A DNA stretch of 64,000 nt from Lama glama (Eukaryota): NCBI GenBank assembly GCA_028534125.1, contig CM052817.1, positions 36,024,001 through 36,088,000 on the forward strand, written 5' to 3'. Shown piece after piece: positions 12,589-25,844 of the stretch. The notes under the pieces were generated by a model. It made no database searches. It was not told where the DNA came from and was given only the letters and a program-made list of their open reading frames with translations. The stretch's first letter is position 1. Each line of letters opens with the position of its first letter. A program made the translations under genes and the position numbers.

Positions 12589-13269
12589 TCTCGAATTCTC
12601 CCTCTGTGAAACTCTCTCTCATCCTCCGGTATAGTTAATCCCCTTCTCCTCTGTTGTCCCAGGGTTCTCTTTTTATCCTTTTATGAGAACAAGTCTCATA
12701 TTTTGCCTCTGGAGAGTTGCTTTTTTCTCTTATATGACTTTATATATTCTCCAAAGTTAAGAAAAATATCTCATATTTACATATAGATTGGGTTTTCTCT
12801 AAAAGTTGTAGAATAGCTCGTACATTCTTGCATCTTCCGAAGCACTTATTCTAGTTTCTTACACTTACTCAAAAATGTCCATTGAATTGTACCATGTATG
12901 TCTAAATAAAAGTTGACTCAAATTCATTTCAGGAAAGTCATAGTAACTATTCTGGACATTAATAATTGTCCACATTTCTAGAGTATAGAATAAAAGTTTG
13001 CTTAACAGAACTTCACCTAACTAATTTGCTAGATTAGTCCATTTACTGCATTTGTTTGTAAAGCACACTGCTGTCCATGGCAACACTGAACGCTTGTGGC
13101 TAACAGGCTGTTCTCTTATAGACTTGTTCATTACCAGTTTTGCTATATGCTGACTAAGAATCAGTTGTATTTATTTCCAAAACTATTTATGCCAGACTTT
13201 TTATGGTACCTATATACTTTAACAAATGCAAATTGAATGCAACATTTAAGCTATTTCTAGGAAAATGGT

Positions 13270-13600
13270 GTTAGCATAGTTAATAGAAGCTTCTGTAACA
13301 CACTCTGAAATCTTTGTGGCTAACACAATTGACGTTTCTCACTCACTTCACAGTCCAGTGTGTTGAGCAGCCCTCCTCCATGTTGTCCGAACTGCCCTCC
13401 TAGGTTGCCTCAGTAGGAAAAGAAGAGGTTGAAAAATAATATGCAATAGTCTTATAACTACACCTGGACATGACTTATAATACTTCTCACATTTCAGTGA
13501 GCAGATTCAGTCAAATGACTCCCCATCTAACTGAAAGGGAGACTGAAAGCATAGTCTTTGTGGTGTCTAGAGAGAGGACATAAAGGACGTGAGGAGATTG
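13270..13600 (-). mobile_element. MLT1-type LTR relic
   Basis: ctgtaacacactctgaaatctttgtggctaacacaa...cacatttcagtgagcagattcagtcaaatgac...aactgaaagggagactgaaagcatagtc. Confidence 0.6.
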
Positions 13601-13959
13601 CATCATGTTCACAAAGAATTATCTTTCCTGCAAAAGCTAAGTTTAATACATTGGAAAGGCTCAATAAAGATTACAGTCTTCACATAGGTGATACATTATG
13701 ATTATGGTTTATACAGGGAAGAAAGTCTGGAATTCCAAGATATTGGCCATTTCCAACCAAAGGCCCACATCAAAAGACAGGGAAATACATGAACATGTAA
13801 GAGTTTTAAAGTAAAAAAAAAAAAATCTAAGTATGTGTTATTTATATGTATCCTTTTTTTTTAATGATTTCTTATTTACGTTTACTTTGGAGGCCACCTA
13901 ACCTGCAATATTTCCTGATCTAATTAAACAGGAAGGCTTCTTCTAGAGAGGCATTATTT

Positions 13960-14215
13960 TGTAGAATTAACAGCAGGACTCTGGAGACAGATTGCCTGGT
14001 TTCAGTTTTCAGCTCTGCCTCTTAACAGGTGTGTGACCTTGAACAGGCTACTTATACTTTCTGTGCCTCAATGTCCATGTATAATAGATTTACATAGAAA
14101 AATACATATCTTACAGGGTTATTGTGAGGATCAAGTGAATAAAAGTATAATAAGCACTTAGAAAAATGCTACACATGCATTAAGTGCTATATAAGTGAAA
14201 GCCAGTATTATTATT
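13960..14215 (+). mobile_element. MIR, near full length
   Basis: ggactctggagacagattgcctggtttcag...tgtgtgaccttgaacagg...tctgtgcctca...ttgtgaggatcaagtgaa. Confidence 0.9.
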
Positions 14216-14451
14216 TTGATTATAATTATCATCATCTTTGTAAATTTAATTCCACAGTTTTCTACTGAGTGAGACCATACTATAAGTGATACTATAGTAA
14301 ATATTTGTGTAACTTAAAGTACTTTAGTTAAAAAACAAAAAGCAACTCTGGCTAAAATTAGACCAAAAAATAAGAAAGAAAAGATAAAGTAAAAGAACTT
14401 TTTGGAGTCACATTGGGTACTTCACAGAATGGAGAGCAAAGCTGAACACAT

Positions 14452-16005
14452 CAGCAGGATGGCAGACTAAGAGGTTCCAACTTTCATCCCCGCACAAAAA
14501 CAACAATCTGACCATTGCTAATGGGTGTTAATAGCTCTGAGAAATCTCTAGAGTACAATTAAGAAGGTCCAGCAACCCAGTGGAGTGCAGAAACCAAGGA
14601 AGGTCACATGTATAAGTGTAGGAAGCATCTTACCTACACCTCCCGTTCCACAGGGCAGTACAGGTTGGCACCAAGAGGGATCCTGTTGGCTGACTTTTTC
14701 CTGTGGAGGCAAAGGAGGACAAAAGGACCTTAGCAGTCCTTACTACCACCAGGGACGCCCCCAACAACCTTCACCACCAATGACCTGCATAATTTTCACT
14801 AATGCTTACAACAGCTGAGTGCAGACACCAATGCAAGGCAACAAGTAATATGAAAAATCAAGGAAATATGACACCACAAAAGGAACACAATAAATTCCTA
14901 GTAACTGACTTCCCCAGAATGTAGAAATGAATTCCCTGGCAAACAATTAAAAATAATTGTCTTAAAGAAGCTCAGCAAGCTACAAGAAAACACAAATAGA
15001 CAGCTTAACATAATCAGGAAAGTAATATATGAACAAAATTAGAAGTTCAACAAAGAGATAGAAATCATTTTTAAAAAACACACAGAAATTCTGGAGCAAA
15101 AGAATGCAATAAATGAATTTTTTTTTAAATGTAATAGAAACAGCAGACTAAATCAAGCTAGAGAAAGAATCAGCAAACTCAAAGATAGGTTATTTGAAAT
15201 TACCCAATCAGAAGAGAGAAAAGAATAAAAGCCTATAGGATTTATGAGACATCAGGTGAACCAATATATGCATTATGGGAGTCTCAGGAGGGAGAGGGGG
15301 AGAGAAAGAGAATATCTGCACTGAGACACATTGTAATCAAATTGTCAAAAGTCAAGGAGAAAGAATTTTCCAAGTATGAAGGGAAAAAAAATAATGCATC
15401 ATATATAGGAAATGTGGCACCCCCCCCCCACCACCACCATAAGACTATCTGCAGATTTCTTGGCAGAAACCTTGCAGGTCAGGAGAGAGTAGAATGATGT
15501 ATTCAAAATACTGAAAGAAAAAAAAAATCTACAAACCAAGAACATTTTAGCTGAAAAAATTATTCTTTAAGAATAAAGGAGAGGAAAATAAACTGATTGA
15601 TAAACAAAACAAAAACTGAGGTCAGACAAACAAAAACCAAGGGAGTTTATCACCACTAGCCCTGCCTTGCAAAAAATGCTTAAGGAAGTTCTTCAAATCA
15701 AAACAAAAAACATGGTAGACCACAAGGTGAAAGCATAAATCTTACTGGTAATGATAAGAATATAGACAAATAGAGAATAATGTTATACTGTAATAGTGAT
15801 GTATAAATTATTTTAACCCTAATATAAAAGTTAAAAGATAAACATTTGTTAATGTATACAGTTTTAAAGAAGCAAACTCTAACTACAGGGACACAAAGTG
15901 TGTGTAGCATGGTAAAAGTGTACAGTTATTGTATGTGATGGAAGTTAAATGGTCAACAACTTAACTTATAGTTATTATAACTATAAAATATTTTATCCAA
16001 ACCTC
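14452..16005 (+). mobile_element. Old L1M 5' portion: start of 5'UTR, degenerate ORF1 and inter-ORF region
   Basis: aggatggcagactaagagg 5' end; ORF1 text (aaaaatcaaggaaatatgacaccacaaaagg, gcagatttcttggcagaaaccttgcagg, accactagccctgccttgc) with many stops and frameshifts; ORF2 absent. Confidence 0.85.
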
Positions 16006-16084
16006 AAGTGATGAAAATGGTATGAGATCATTGCATCATTTGGAAAAAGAAGACCTCTGCATCAGCCCTTGAATTGCTGCAATT

Positions 16085-17250
16085 TCATTCAATCATTCTT
16101 TCAGCACATATTTATTGAGCTCCTGCTGTATCAGGCACTTTTTATTGGCCTTATAGTTTTAGTAATGTGTTAAGGGTATTCCAATTATTTGCCTTCGAAG
16201 AACTTCTGTTTACTAGAGGATACTCAAAGCAAACCAGTACCAATAGATTTGTAACTTTATTGTATAGAGGAGAAGCAGCAGCCAATGAGACCTTGTGGAA
16301 TTGGTCATTGAGGTAGGCAGTTTTTTTTTTTTTTCCTATCAGTGGTGATGTAGCAGCTAATAGAAGGAGTCACCTGGGTCAGATGTTGCCCAGAACCCCA
16401 GTAAGATGGAGACCAAGCTGTGACTGTTTTTAGCACTTTCTGTGGAGTAGTGACCAAAAAAAAAAAAAACCGGATTTGGGGGCATTGATGATGAAGAAGT
16501 AGAGATAGGGAAGACAGCTGTATGGAAGAGTTTGCTTGATACAAAGGAAAGCAGAAAACAGAACCAACCACAGCTAATGGGAGAAGTGAGATTAAGGAAG
16601 TGTTTTAAAAACAATAACAACAAAAAAAAGAGATAATTACAGAGCATGCCTGTGATTAATGGAAATGATGTAGTGGTGAGGGAGTGGGAGGGAGACTTGA
16701 ATGATGTCCTTGAGAAGGTGAGAGGAGAAAGATCCAAGGTGATGTGAAAGGAATGGCTGTTTAATAGGATCAGAATCTTCCATTATAACAGGAGGGACTC
16801 AGAGTGGTTTGTAAATTTGATAATGGGATATTGAGTAGCTTCTCTATTGCTGCTTTTTTGCCAGTGAAGTGAGAATGGAAGGAAAGGGGTTTGAGAAGAG
16901 ATGAGAAGGCACGAAATACCATCTCAGAGACTGGAAAAAGCACATTACTAAAGATGTGTAGCAGGATTTCTGTGCATTAGAGAGGTTTCATTCAAGATGT
17001 TATGGTAATAAACTTAATATAGTCAACCAATTCTATAATTTTTTTGTAACCACTTTGAGTTGCTCCATTCCCAGCACAGAGAAGTCATATAGCCAGATTC
17101 ATCTAAGGTTGTACTTCTGGGAGATGAATGCCATGATTGAAGACCAGAGGAAGGAAGTAAAGGGCATTAGCAAAGGAATGAAAGGTCATGAAGTGTAAGC
17201 TGATTAAGGGGGAATTAAGAACAGGAGGGATTGTGAAAGGTTAGAGAAGC
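16085..17250 (-). mobile_element. L2 fragments
   Basis: cattcaatcattctttcagcacatatttattgagctcctgctgtatcaggcact (L2 3' end) followed by purine-rich L2 ORF2-like sequence. Confidence 0.6.
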
Positions 17251-17254
17251 GATA

Positions 17255-17610
17255 TTGTTCATTCATTTGGTTTACGCATTCACTACGACAACTGAGCGTC
17301 TGTGTTCCAAACACTGTTCTGGGCCCTGTGGATATGTTTGTGGGCAAGACTGATCAAGTCTTCTCACAGAGTGGGGTGAGATGGACAATAAAGAATTAAA
17401 ACCAGTACTAGTAAAGTCAGATATAGCTGAGCGCTATGAAGAATAGAGAGAGAGAGCATCCAGTGGGTGGGGAGAGCAGTGGCGATTTGGATGAGGTGCG
17501 CCAGGAAGGGAACCCTCTCCAGTGAAACTCAGCAGAGACTTGGGTGACATAAGGGCACAAACCTGTGAACAGCTGGGAGCAGTGTGCTCGGCTGAGGGAA
17601 CAGCAAGTGC
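17255..17610 (-). mobile_element. L2 3' end
   Basis: ttcattcattt...actgagcgtctgtgttccaaacactgttctgggccctgtggata...gagggaacagcaagtgc. Confidence 0.75.
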
Positions 17611-18088
17611 TGTTCTGTTTTTCAAATGTCATTAGTGATTGAATAGTAAGGCCAACAAAGCCATGATAAACAAGGTGTTTTTTCCTGCTCTATTGTTTGT
17701 TTAAATGGTGTTTTCATTATAGTGAAGTAACAGCGAGTTTAAGCAATTGGTGGTTGCACAAAAGGCATTAGAGTGAGCAGTCAGCTCAGTCAGAAGTCTT
17801 GTTCAAATAGACCAAACATTCCAAATAAATGTAAGTATACCATATAGAATATATTCACGTCTAATTTATCATTCCAATGACTAGCATTGAAATGCCACAC
17901 CTAGTAGGGTTCACTTAATATTTGAGTGAATTTCCATGCCTACATACAGTTTAATACTTACAAATGCAGAAATCCCCTCCTTGAAACCTCTGCAAAGTTC
18001 TTCTAAGGGAAGAGTTCAGACACAAACCTGAGGTCTCTTCCCTTTGTCCTGGGAGTGTGGGAACTCCTATGCTGTAAAAGGGTTTTTT

Positions 18089-19364
18089 TAAGAACAGTCT
18101 CTCACACCGTATGCAAAAATAAACTCAAAATGACTTAAAGACTTAAATAGAAGTCAAGACATGATAAACCTCCTAGAAGAAAACATAGGCAAAACATTCT
18201 CTGACATAAATCTTGGCATTATTCTGCTAGGGAGGTCTACCCAGGCAACAGAAATAAAAACAAAAATTAACAAACGGGACCTAATGAAACTTACAATCTT
18301 TTGCACAGCAAAGGAAACCATAAGCAAAACAGAATGACAAATTTGCAAATGATGCAACTGACAAAGGTTTAATTTCCAGAATATATAAACAGCTTGTAGA
18401 ACTTAATAACAAACAAATAAAAAAAAAACCCAATCCAAAACTGGGTGGAAGACCTAAACAAGCAGTTCTCCAGTGAGGACATGCAAATGGCCAATAGGCA
18501 CATGAAAAAATGCTCAATATTGTTAATTATCAGAGAAATGCAAATCCAAACTACAGTGAAGTATCACCTCATGCCAGTCAGAACAGCCATCATTCAAAAG
18601 TCCACAAATGATAAATTCTGGAGAGGGTGTGGAGAAATGGAAGCTTCCTACACTGTTGGTGGGAATGTAGTTTGTTGCAGCCATTATGGAAAACAGTATG
18701 GAGATTCCTCAAAAGACTAAAAATGGACTTATCATACAATCCAGCAATCCCACTCCTGGGCATATATCAGGAGGTAACTCTGATTTGAAAAGATACATGC
18801 ACCCCAGTGTTCATAACAGCACTATTTACAATAGCCAAACATAGAAGCAACCTAAATGTCCATCGACAGATGATAAAGAAGTTGTGATATAGTTATAAAA
18901 TGAAATACTACTCAGCCATAAAAAAGAATAAAATAATGGTTTGCAGCAACATGGATGGACGTAGAGATCATCTTTCTAAGTGAAGTAAGCCAGAAAGAGA
19001 ATGAAAAATACCTTATGATATCACTTGTATGTGGAGTCTAAAAAAGGGAAAAAGATGAACTTTTCTACAAAACAGAAAGATATCCACAGACATAGTAAAC
19101 AATCTTATGGTTACTGGGGGAAAGTGGGTGAGAAGGGGTAAATTTGGGAGTTTGAGATTTGCAAATGTTAGCCACTATATATAAAAATAGATTTTGTAAA
19201 ATTTCTGTGTAGCACAGGGAACTATATTCAATATCTTTTAATTACCTTTAAAGAAAAAAAATATGAAAATGAATATATGTATGTATATGCCTGACTGGAA
19301 CATTGTGCTGTACACCAGAAGTTGACACATTGTAGCTGACTATACTTCAGTTTTTTTTAAAAAA
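18089..19364 (+). mobile_element. 5'-truncated lineage-specific L1 (ORF2 C-terminus + 3'UTR), about 1.27 kb
   Basis: ORF 18445-18720 ([23 protein letters not shown]...CWRGCGE-like) is the L1 ORF2 C-terminal region; artiodactyl-type 3'UTR ending gctgactatacttcag. Confidence 0.95.
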
Positions 19365-19885
19365 GGCCGTTTTCACATAGATGTAATTCACATCCCCTAA
19401 GATTCACCTGTCTAAAGCATACAGTTCATTAGGGTTTAGTATGTTCACAAAGTTGTATAACCATTACCATTATCTAAATCCAGAACATTTTTATGAAGAG
19501 AAACCCCATACAGACTGGAGCTATTAGAAGTCACTATACAATCCCTGCTTCTCCTGGCCTCTGGCCATCATGAGTCTACTTCCTGTCACTCTTTGCCTCT
19601 TCTGAACATTTCATGTACATGAAGTCACACAACATATGTCGTTCTGTGTTTGACTTCTTTCACTTAGCGTCATGTTTTCAAGATTAATCTATGTGTTTAG
19701 CAGGTATTACATTGCTGACTATTATTCCGTAGTGTGTACACACCATGTTTTGTTTATCCATTCATCCGTTGATAGACATTTGGATTATTTCCATTTTTTA
19801 GCAATTATAAATAATGCTGCTATGAGCATTCATGTATCAGTTTTTGTGTGGACATATGTTTTTAATTCTCAGGTATATATCCATA
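19365..19885 (-). mobile_element. L1MB-like 3' end
   Basis: gatgtaattcacat...tttagtatgttcacaaagttgtataaccattacc...ttatccattcatccgttgatagacatttgg. Confidence 0.85.
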
Positions 19886-20227
19886 AGTATAAATGTCTGT
19901 TTAATGGCACAACTTTGAAAAGGTTTTACCTTTAAAGTGTTTCTCACTTAACTCCATAATATATCTCTTTTAAAACAATACATTAAGTTAATACCAGTTC
20001 CTTATTTAAGCTTCTGATTGAGTTACTTTTTCTCCAGAAATCTGAGTGACGCTGGCCCTGCAGGAGATGCTGCTCGGGTTCTGTAACTCTGGGGCCCCTT
20101 CCGTGGCCACTGCATTGGGGTTGGGGGAGCGAGCAGTATTTCAGAGCTTTCTGATGGGGCATGGGGAATATGACTCTGGACAGGAAGTGGCTTACCTTTT
20201 TGTCAATAAATATTGCTTCCCAGAAGA

Positions 20228-20420
20228 ATCATAAAATCATACACGTCTGGAATTTAAGAATTCTTGGAGCTCATCTAATCCAGTCCTTTTGTTTTCAAGA
20301 TCTTTGAACTGAGGGAGAGGTCAGGAGGTTAAAATGCTCACCTGAGTTCCTAGAGCTGGTTAGTTAGAGAACCAGGAGAAGAAGCCAGGTCTCTTGACTC
20401 TGAGTTCAGTGCTTTGACTG
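20228..20420 (-). mobile_element. MIR/MIR3 fragment
   Basis: aatcataaaatc...tcatctaatccagtcc...aactgagg...gaagccaggtctcttgactc. Confidence 0.7.
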
Positions 20421-21169
20421 CCAAACATGACTTTGACTTGGCTGGCTGAATTTAAAGTCATAAAACAAACAAACAAAAAAACCCGTAATTCATGTAGCTG
20501 GCATTTTCAGTTAAAAGATTACAGAAAATGCTTTCAGAGTTTTAGCGGGGAAAGCTGACTGTCAGCCTTAGACTTATTCATGCACAGGGACAGGGAGGCA
20601 AAATAGGAGCAATAAAGAAATACTGTTGCTTTTAGTTTGCGCATCAAGGAGGAGGAAAGAATCATAGGTGCTTGTAAATTTACTCGAGTCAGACATCAAC
20701 AAAGGTCAGCTGTTCCTATTAACTTCCCGTAAGAGCCAGCCTTTCTTCTCCTCACAATCTAACATTCACTTAACCAGTAGTTTAAAAGGAGGTATAAAGA
20801 TTATGCATAATAATATTATCCAAGTGTAGCCACATTACGCAACAGATTATGCAGTTAGTCGCTTGGATCTTTTAAATGTCATGCTGGATTTAGTTTATCC
20901 TTTTCACAGTGAGTCAGAAGCAGGAATGGGTTCATTCACTATTTCCAGTAAAGGGCTTACCACCAGCAGGTGTTGTGACTGGTGGGAAAGGCTAGGGCTG
21001 GAATGCGCACTTATTTGGAGATCTCAGAAATGTACCCTGGATCCTTACATAGGACTGGGCGTGCAGCCACAGGCAGCTGAGGGTGCTGGAAGCCCTGCAG
21101 CCACCCCCTAGTTCAGAAGATGCTCTTGATCCCCCACCTCAGTCTGGGAATATTGTTTCCTGGCACAGA

Positions 21170-21610
21170 GCGGAGAACAGGTGCCTTGTATAACTCTGTG
21201 GTCCCGATCTGAGTCTCAGGTCTGCCCCTCTCTGTGTGATGTTGGATGCATCCCCTCAGAATCCACATCCATCATCTGTAAAATTAGGGGGAGGGTAGAC
21301 CAGCTGATGTTTAAAAACTCTCTTGGCTTGAAAATGCTGTGGTTCTACAACCTAGTCGTTTAAGATGTCAAGTATATTGGATGATAAGTCATATATAAAG
21401 ATGACAAGAGCTCAGGCTAAAGTAACTCAGAACCATCTTTGAGTCCTGGGTGGTTTATTTAACGTCTGTAAGCTTTCACTGTGTGATACTTCAGAGGGGA
21501 ATGTGCTGATGATAATACCGAGCTCATCGGGCCGTTGAGGGTGGAAATGGTAGTATGACGGTAAAGTCTGTAGCCTGATACAACCTGTGACTTGGTAATT
21601 AGTTATTAGT
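21170..21610 (+). mobile_element. Two MIR-family fragments
   Basis: ctgtgtgatgttgga...catctgtaaaattagggg; and ctgtaagctttcactgtgtg...ataataccgagctcatcgggccgttgagg. Confidence 0.55.
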
Positions 21611-22678
21611 CATAAATAGCATTGTTATTTTTTAGAGACATTTTATCCTAATAATATACTGTTCCCTTTAGAAATAAATGAATGTAACACCAGCAAATTT
21701 TAGTAAATATTATAAAGTATGTAGACTACAGTTTTGTTTAAAAGATGATTACTTAACCCTAAAGTCAAATAGGGAGAAAAAACCTTACTATTTAGATGAA
21801 TGAGTGGTAGTCATGGAAGGGGAAGAAATGGGATACAGAGGTGAAAATTATAGAGCAGGTGAAAGAAATATGACTTATTTTCTCCTTAGCTTTGTTGTTG
21901 ACCATAATCTTCCTTATGTATTTTTGTTCTACCTTAATTTGGAGTTCGAATCGTCCACAGAAAATTTATTCAAGTTAATGGTTATTCAGAAGTGAGACCC
22001 TACATTATTTTTTAAAAAAACCAAGGTTATTGTTGTTTTTATTTATCATATAGAAATAAATAATAAATCTATCCAACCCCAAGTAATCTGCTACCTTGTA
22101 ATCTCTGCTGTTATTTTTACATGTACCATTTTGGTGTGAACCAAGGATTTAGAAACTTAATAATTTTGGAAACAGGTACTCAGATATTTTTTTCTCAGGA
22201 TATTGGTATGAAACTACCACAGTTCAATAGCAGTTTGCTAAACTAGATGAAAGAATTTGTGATAAAACATTTACAGAATCAACTCATTTGTCAAGTACCT
22301 GGGGAGAGTTGGAAACTCCAAGTTTGGTGTTTGATATCTTGGAAAATTATTTAATTCTCCAAAGAAGAGGTGAAGTGTCTGTGGTTATGTAAGTGGCATG
22401 ATAGTGTAGATGAGATTTTTTCATAATCGTCTCTGAGTGTATATGTCCCATATGTCCCACATCTACTCCATCACTATCTTACATTACTTCACTGCTGTAT
22501 GTGAAGAAGAAGAAACGAAATGTTTTGACTCGTTGCTGCAACCTCACTAGCTTCTGATGTGTACAAATTAATCCAGAAATGCCTTTGCTCCCTTACAAAT
22601 TGCTTTTCACTGCATTGTAATTTCTGTTTAGGGTAATGTTCTGCAGTCTCTAATGTTTCTTTTATACTTTTTTAATAG

Positions 22679-22762
22679 GAGGCCAATTGTAAGAAATCCT
22701 TACCCATCCTTCTCACAAAAGACATCGAAAGAGACAAGCGAAAGCCATCTCCAAAAACCAAG
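22679..22762 (+). CDS. FAM13A: FAM13A internal coding exon (84 nt, phase 0-0; equivalent of human exon 6)
   Basis: Acceptor tatactttttttaatag| and donor |gtaggt. Translates to EANCKKSLPILLTKDIERDKRKPSPKTK (recalled human: EVYYKNSLPILLTRGLERDMPKPPPKTK), in frame with the previous exon. Too short for the ORF track. Confidence 0.93.
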
Positions 22763-24946
22763 GTAGGTTATGCCTGCTCCTTAGGCTACTGTGTGAAAGG
22801 TTTAGTAAGGTTCTTCATGGTCTTGTATTTCACATGCTCTGTTGCTTGCATTCTCCTCAGCCTTTTGTTTGTTTGTCTTTGGACTGGATGGTCCAAAAAG
22901 CACTTTTTATTTAGTATATTTAATTGAGGGTTATAGTCATCCAAAAATTCTCTGGCCACTCCTATTCTGTAACAGACAGTGACATTTTTTAGTAGACAGT
23001 TTTACTTCTCAATCAAAATCGTTTCCATTGTATTCCCTACAACATAGGAAACACTCAGATGTAATGGAAGGTTACTTCTGGCAGGTGAAATAAAGTGTGC
23101 AACTGTAATTTTTCTTTTGCCAAATAGAAATCACTTTATTGATTCTTGTCGTGATCATAAAAATAGCACATGATCAATGAAAAGTATTTAAGCACATTTT
23201 AACAAGAAAAAAAAGAACTATCATACATATGACAGGATAAAGGGTCTAATGTGTAAAATTCTGTCCTCCTTATTGAGAAACTTCCAAAATGCACATAAAT
23301 TGTTTTGCCAGCGAAAAGAAAAACTCCTTTAACCCAACATATATGAGAATTTATTTAATAATTTGTCCAACCAAAAAAGTGATTGCATTAATTTTAGAAC
23401 CCCTTTGGAAATCTTTAATCTTTTCTTTTGAGTAGAACTTCTCCTATTTACTAGATGTATATAATATCCCTAACTGGTCACTATGACATTTGTAGAGCTA
23501 CTTTTTTTTTTTTTTCCAATTCTAAGGCAAAATGTTTTTCAAACTTTCTTGAGTCCATTGTAGGCAACATTTAAAAGAATTCTGGTCTCTGGTTTTAATT
23601 GCTGGTTATTATAAAAATAATTGTGCCTTTATTTTTAGAGGCAAATCAAGTGATGTATTGAGTCATTAGCATCTTATTTATGGTAAGAGTCTGTGGTTTA
23701 TTTTTAAAAGAAAGAAAAACAACTTTTTAAATAAAATTATTCCACCTTGATGATTTTTCCAGAAAATTATCTTAACTACTATGCTTCCTTTTCCAGAGTC
23801 AAACTATTTTTTGTATCTTTTTCACTGAAATATTTGTGTATGTAAACTTACATACACCTAATTCAAATGCATAGTAGAAATCTTATTTTCTGTGAATCAA
23901 TAAAAAATTTATTGTCAAAAATATACTCACCAAACAAATGCTCTAAAAAATGTAGAATTTGAAGAACACTTTTAGGTAACATTTATTTATTAATTCCGTT
24001 TATATTGGCGTAACTACTTCTGGGTGAAAAGACCTTAGATAAATCACTTCCTAAATGAAAGATAATCTTGAAACTTGGCATAGAAATTGTTTGAGGGGAT
24101 TCTATTATTCTTATGAACTTAATCCCATTTGGAATATTTCAGGGGTATAGAGAATCAGTGATTAACGTGCATTATTTATCCTCTATCAGTCTCACTTTAT
24201 GGTTCATGATGAAGCTAATTCAGTAGAGAAATTACTTCACTGGTTAATCCTTCATTTGTAACTTTAGGTTTTTGTGGTCTTACATGAGCAAGTTCAAATC
24301 TACATGAGCAAACTAAGCACTGCTTAGCTCTGCTTACACTAGGGGTGATTAAAATCTTTGTAATTTCAAATCCCAGGAATAATGCAGAGCATGTGAGCTG
24401 GAAGAGATTATAAGGCACAAACTCACCAAGATTTTATCTTAAGATCTTTTTTCCTCCAGTAGATATTTGAAAGCTGAAGCTGAAAACACCTTCAAAATAT
24501 AATTGGTGTAAAAAACAAACAAACAAACAAAGCATGGTTGGTGTGTCCTTTCTAAAGTGACTTAGTGAGCTATGAGAATGATGTGTGTCCTTAGTACTGA
24601 TGTTACTCCATTTGGCCTCCATAGCTGCCTTTCTGAGACATCTCTGGTTACAGCTATATCTGCCTTGGACAGCTAAGTATTTCTGATCCCTATATGGCTA
24701 GAGATATAAAATAGTCCAGGGATGGCATGTGTCCATTGACTCTGGAGATGTCTTTCTAGTCTAAGCCATCTGTCCCCACCTGTGTTCCCTCTGCTAACGG
24801 TTGTCTCTGCTCTTAGGCAGTGGGGATGATTATATTTCTCTCTCTTAGATAGGAAACTACTTCTTAATCTGAGTCCAAGTTGGAAAAAAAAATATGATAC
24901 CTCCTTTACACAGCGCCATGACACTTTCTGGATGAGCAACGATCAC

Positions 24947-25844
24947 CAGCCCTGCCAGCTCAAGAACATATTTGTATAACCATTTCATGCCCAATACTGT
25001 GTAAACCATGTATGCAAACAGATAATTGGAACAGGTGATACAGAAGGGAACATCAAATAGATTTTTCAAGAGATGTAGAACATACAAAGACACTGCTCCT
25101 TGTATAATCATGACTAGATGAAAGGAGACAGTCTTTTTTCTACCANNNNNNNNNNNNNNNNNNNNNNNNNNNNNNNNNNNNNNNNNNNNNNNNNNNNNNN
25201 NNNNNNNNNNNNNNNNNNNNNNNNNNNNNNNNNNNNNNNNNNNNNNNNNNNNNNNNNNNNNNNNNNNNNNNNNNNNNNNNNNNNNNNNNNNNNNNNNNNN
25301 NNNNNNNNNNNNNNNNNNNNNNNNNNNNNNNNNNNNNNNNNNNNNNNNNNNNNNNNNNNNNNNNNNNNNNNNNNNNNNNNNNNNNNNNNNNNNNNNNNNN
25401 NNNNNNNNNNNNNNNNNNNNNNNNNNNNNNNNNNNNNNNNNNNNNNNNNNNNNNNNNNNNNNNNNNNNNNNNNNNNNNNNNNNNNNNNNNNNNNNNNNNN
25501 NNNNNNNNNNNNNNNNNNNNNNNNNNNNNNNNNNNNNNNNNNNNNNNNNNNNNNNNNNNNNNNNNNNNNNNNNNNNNNNNNNNNNNNNNNNNNNNNNNNN
25601 NNNNNNNNNNNNNNNNNNNNNNNNNNNNNNNNNNNNNNNNNNNNNCAGCCCTGCCAGCTCAAGAACATATTTGTATAACCATTTCATGCCCAATACTGTG
25701 TAAACCATGTATGCAAACAGATAATTGGAACAGGTGATACAGAAGGGAACATCAAATAGATTTTTCAAGAGATGTAGAACATACAAAGACACTGCTCCTT
25801 GTATAATCATGACTAGATGAAAGGAGACAGTCTTTTTTCTACCA
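24947..25844. repeat. Exact 199-bp direct duplicate on both sides of the gap (24947-25145 = 25646-25844)
   Basis: cagccctgccagctcaagaac...gtcttttttctacca is identical on both sides and abuts the Ns. Confidence 0.97.
25146..25645. other. Assembly gap (500 N)
   Basis: Run of N read directly. Confidence 1.

Noticed and set aside
10530..12920. Scattered TGACTCA/TGAGTCA AP-1 heptamers
   Set aside because: A 7-mer is expected several times by chance in 64 kb and there is no supporting context.
24857..25810. 317-, 184- and 186-aa ORFs, the longest in the track
   Set aside because: They run through the N gap and the duplicated flank, so they are artefacts.
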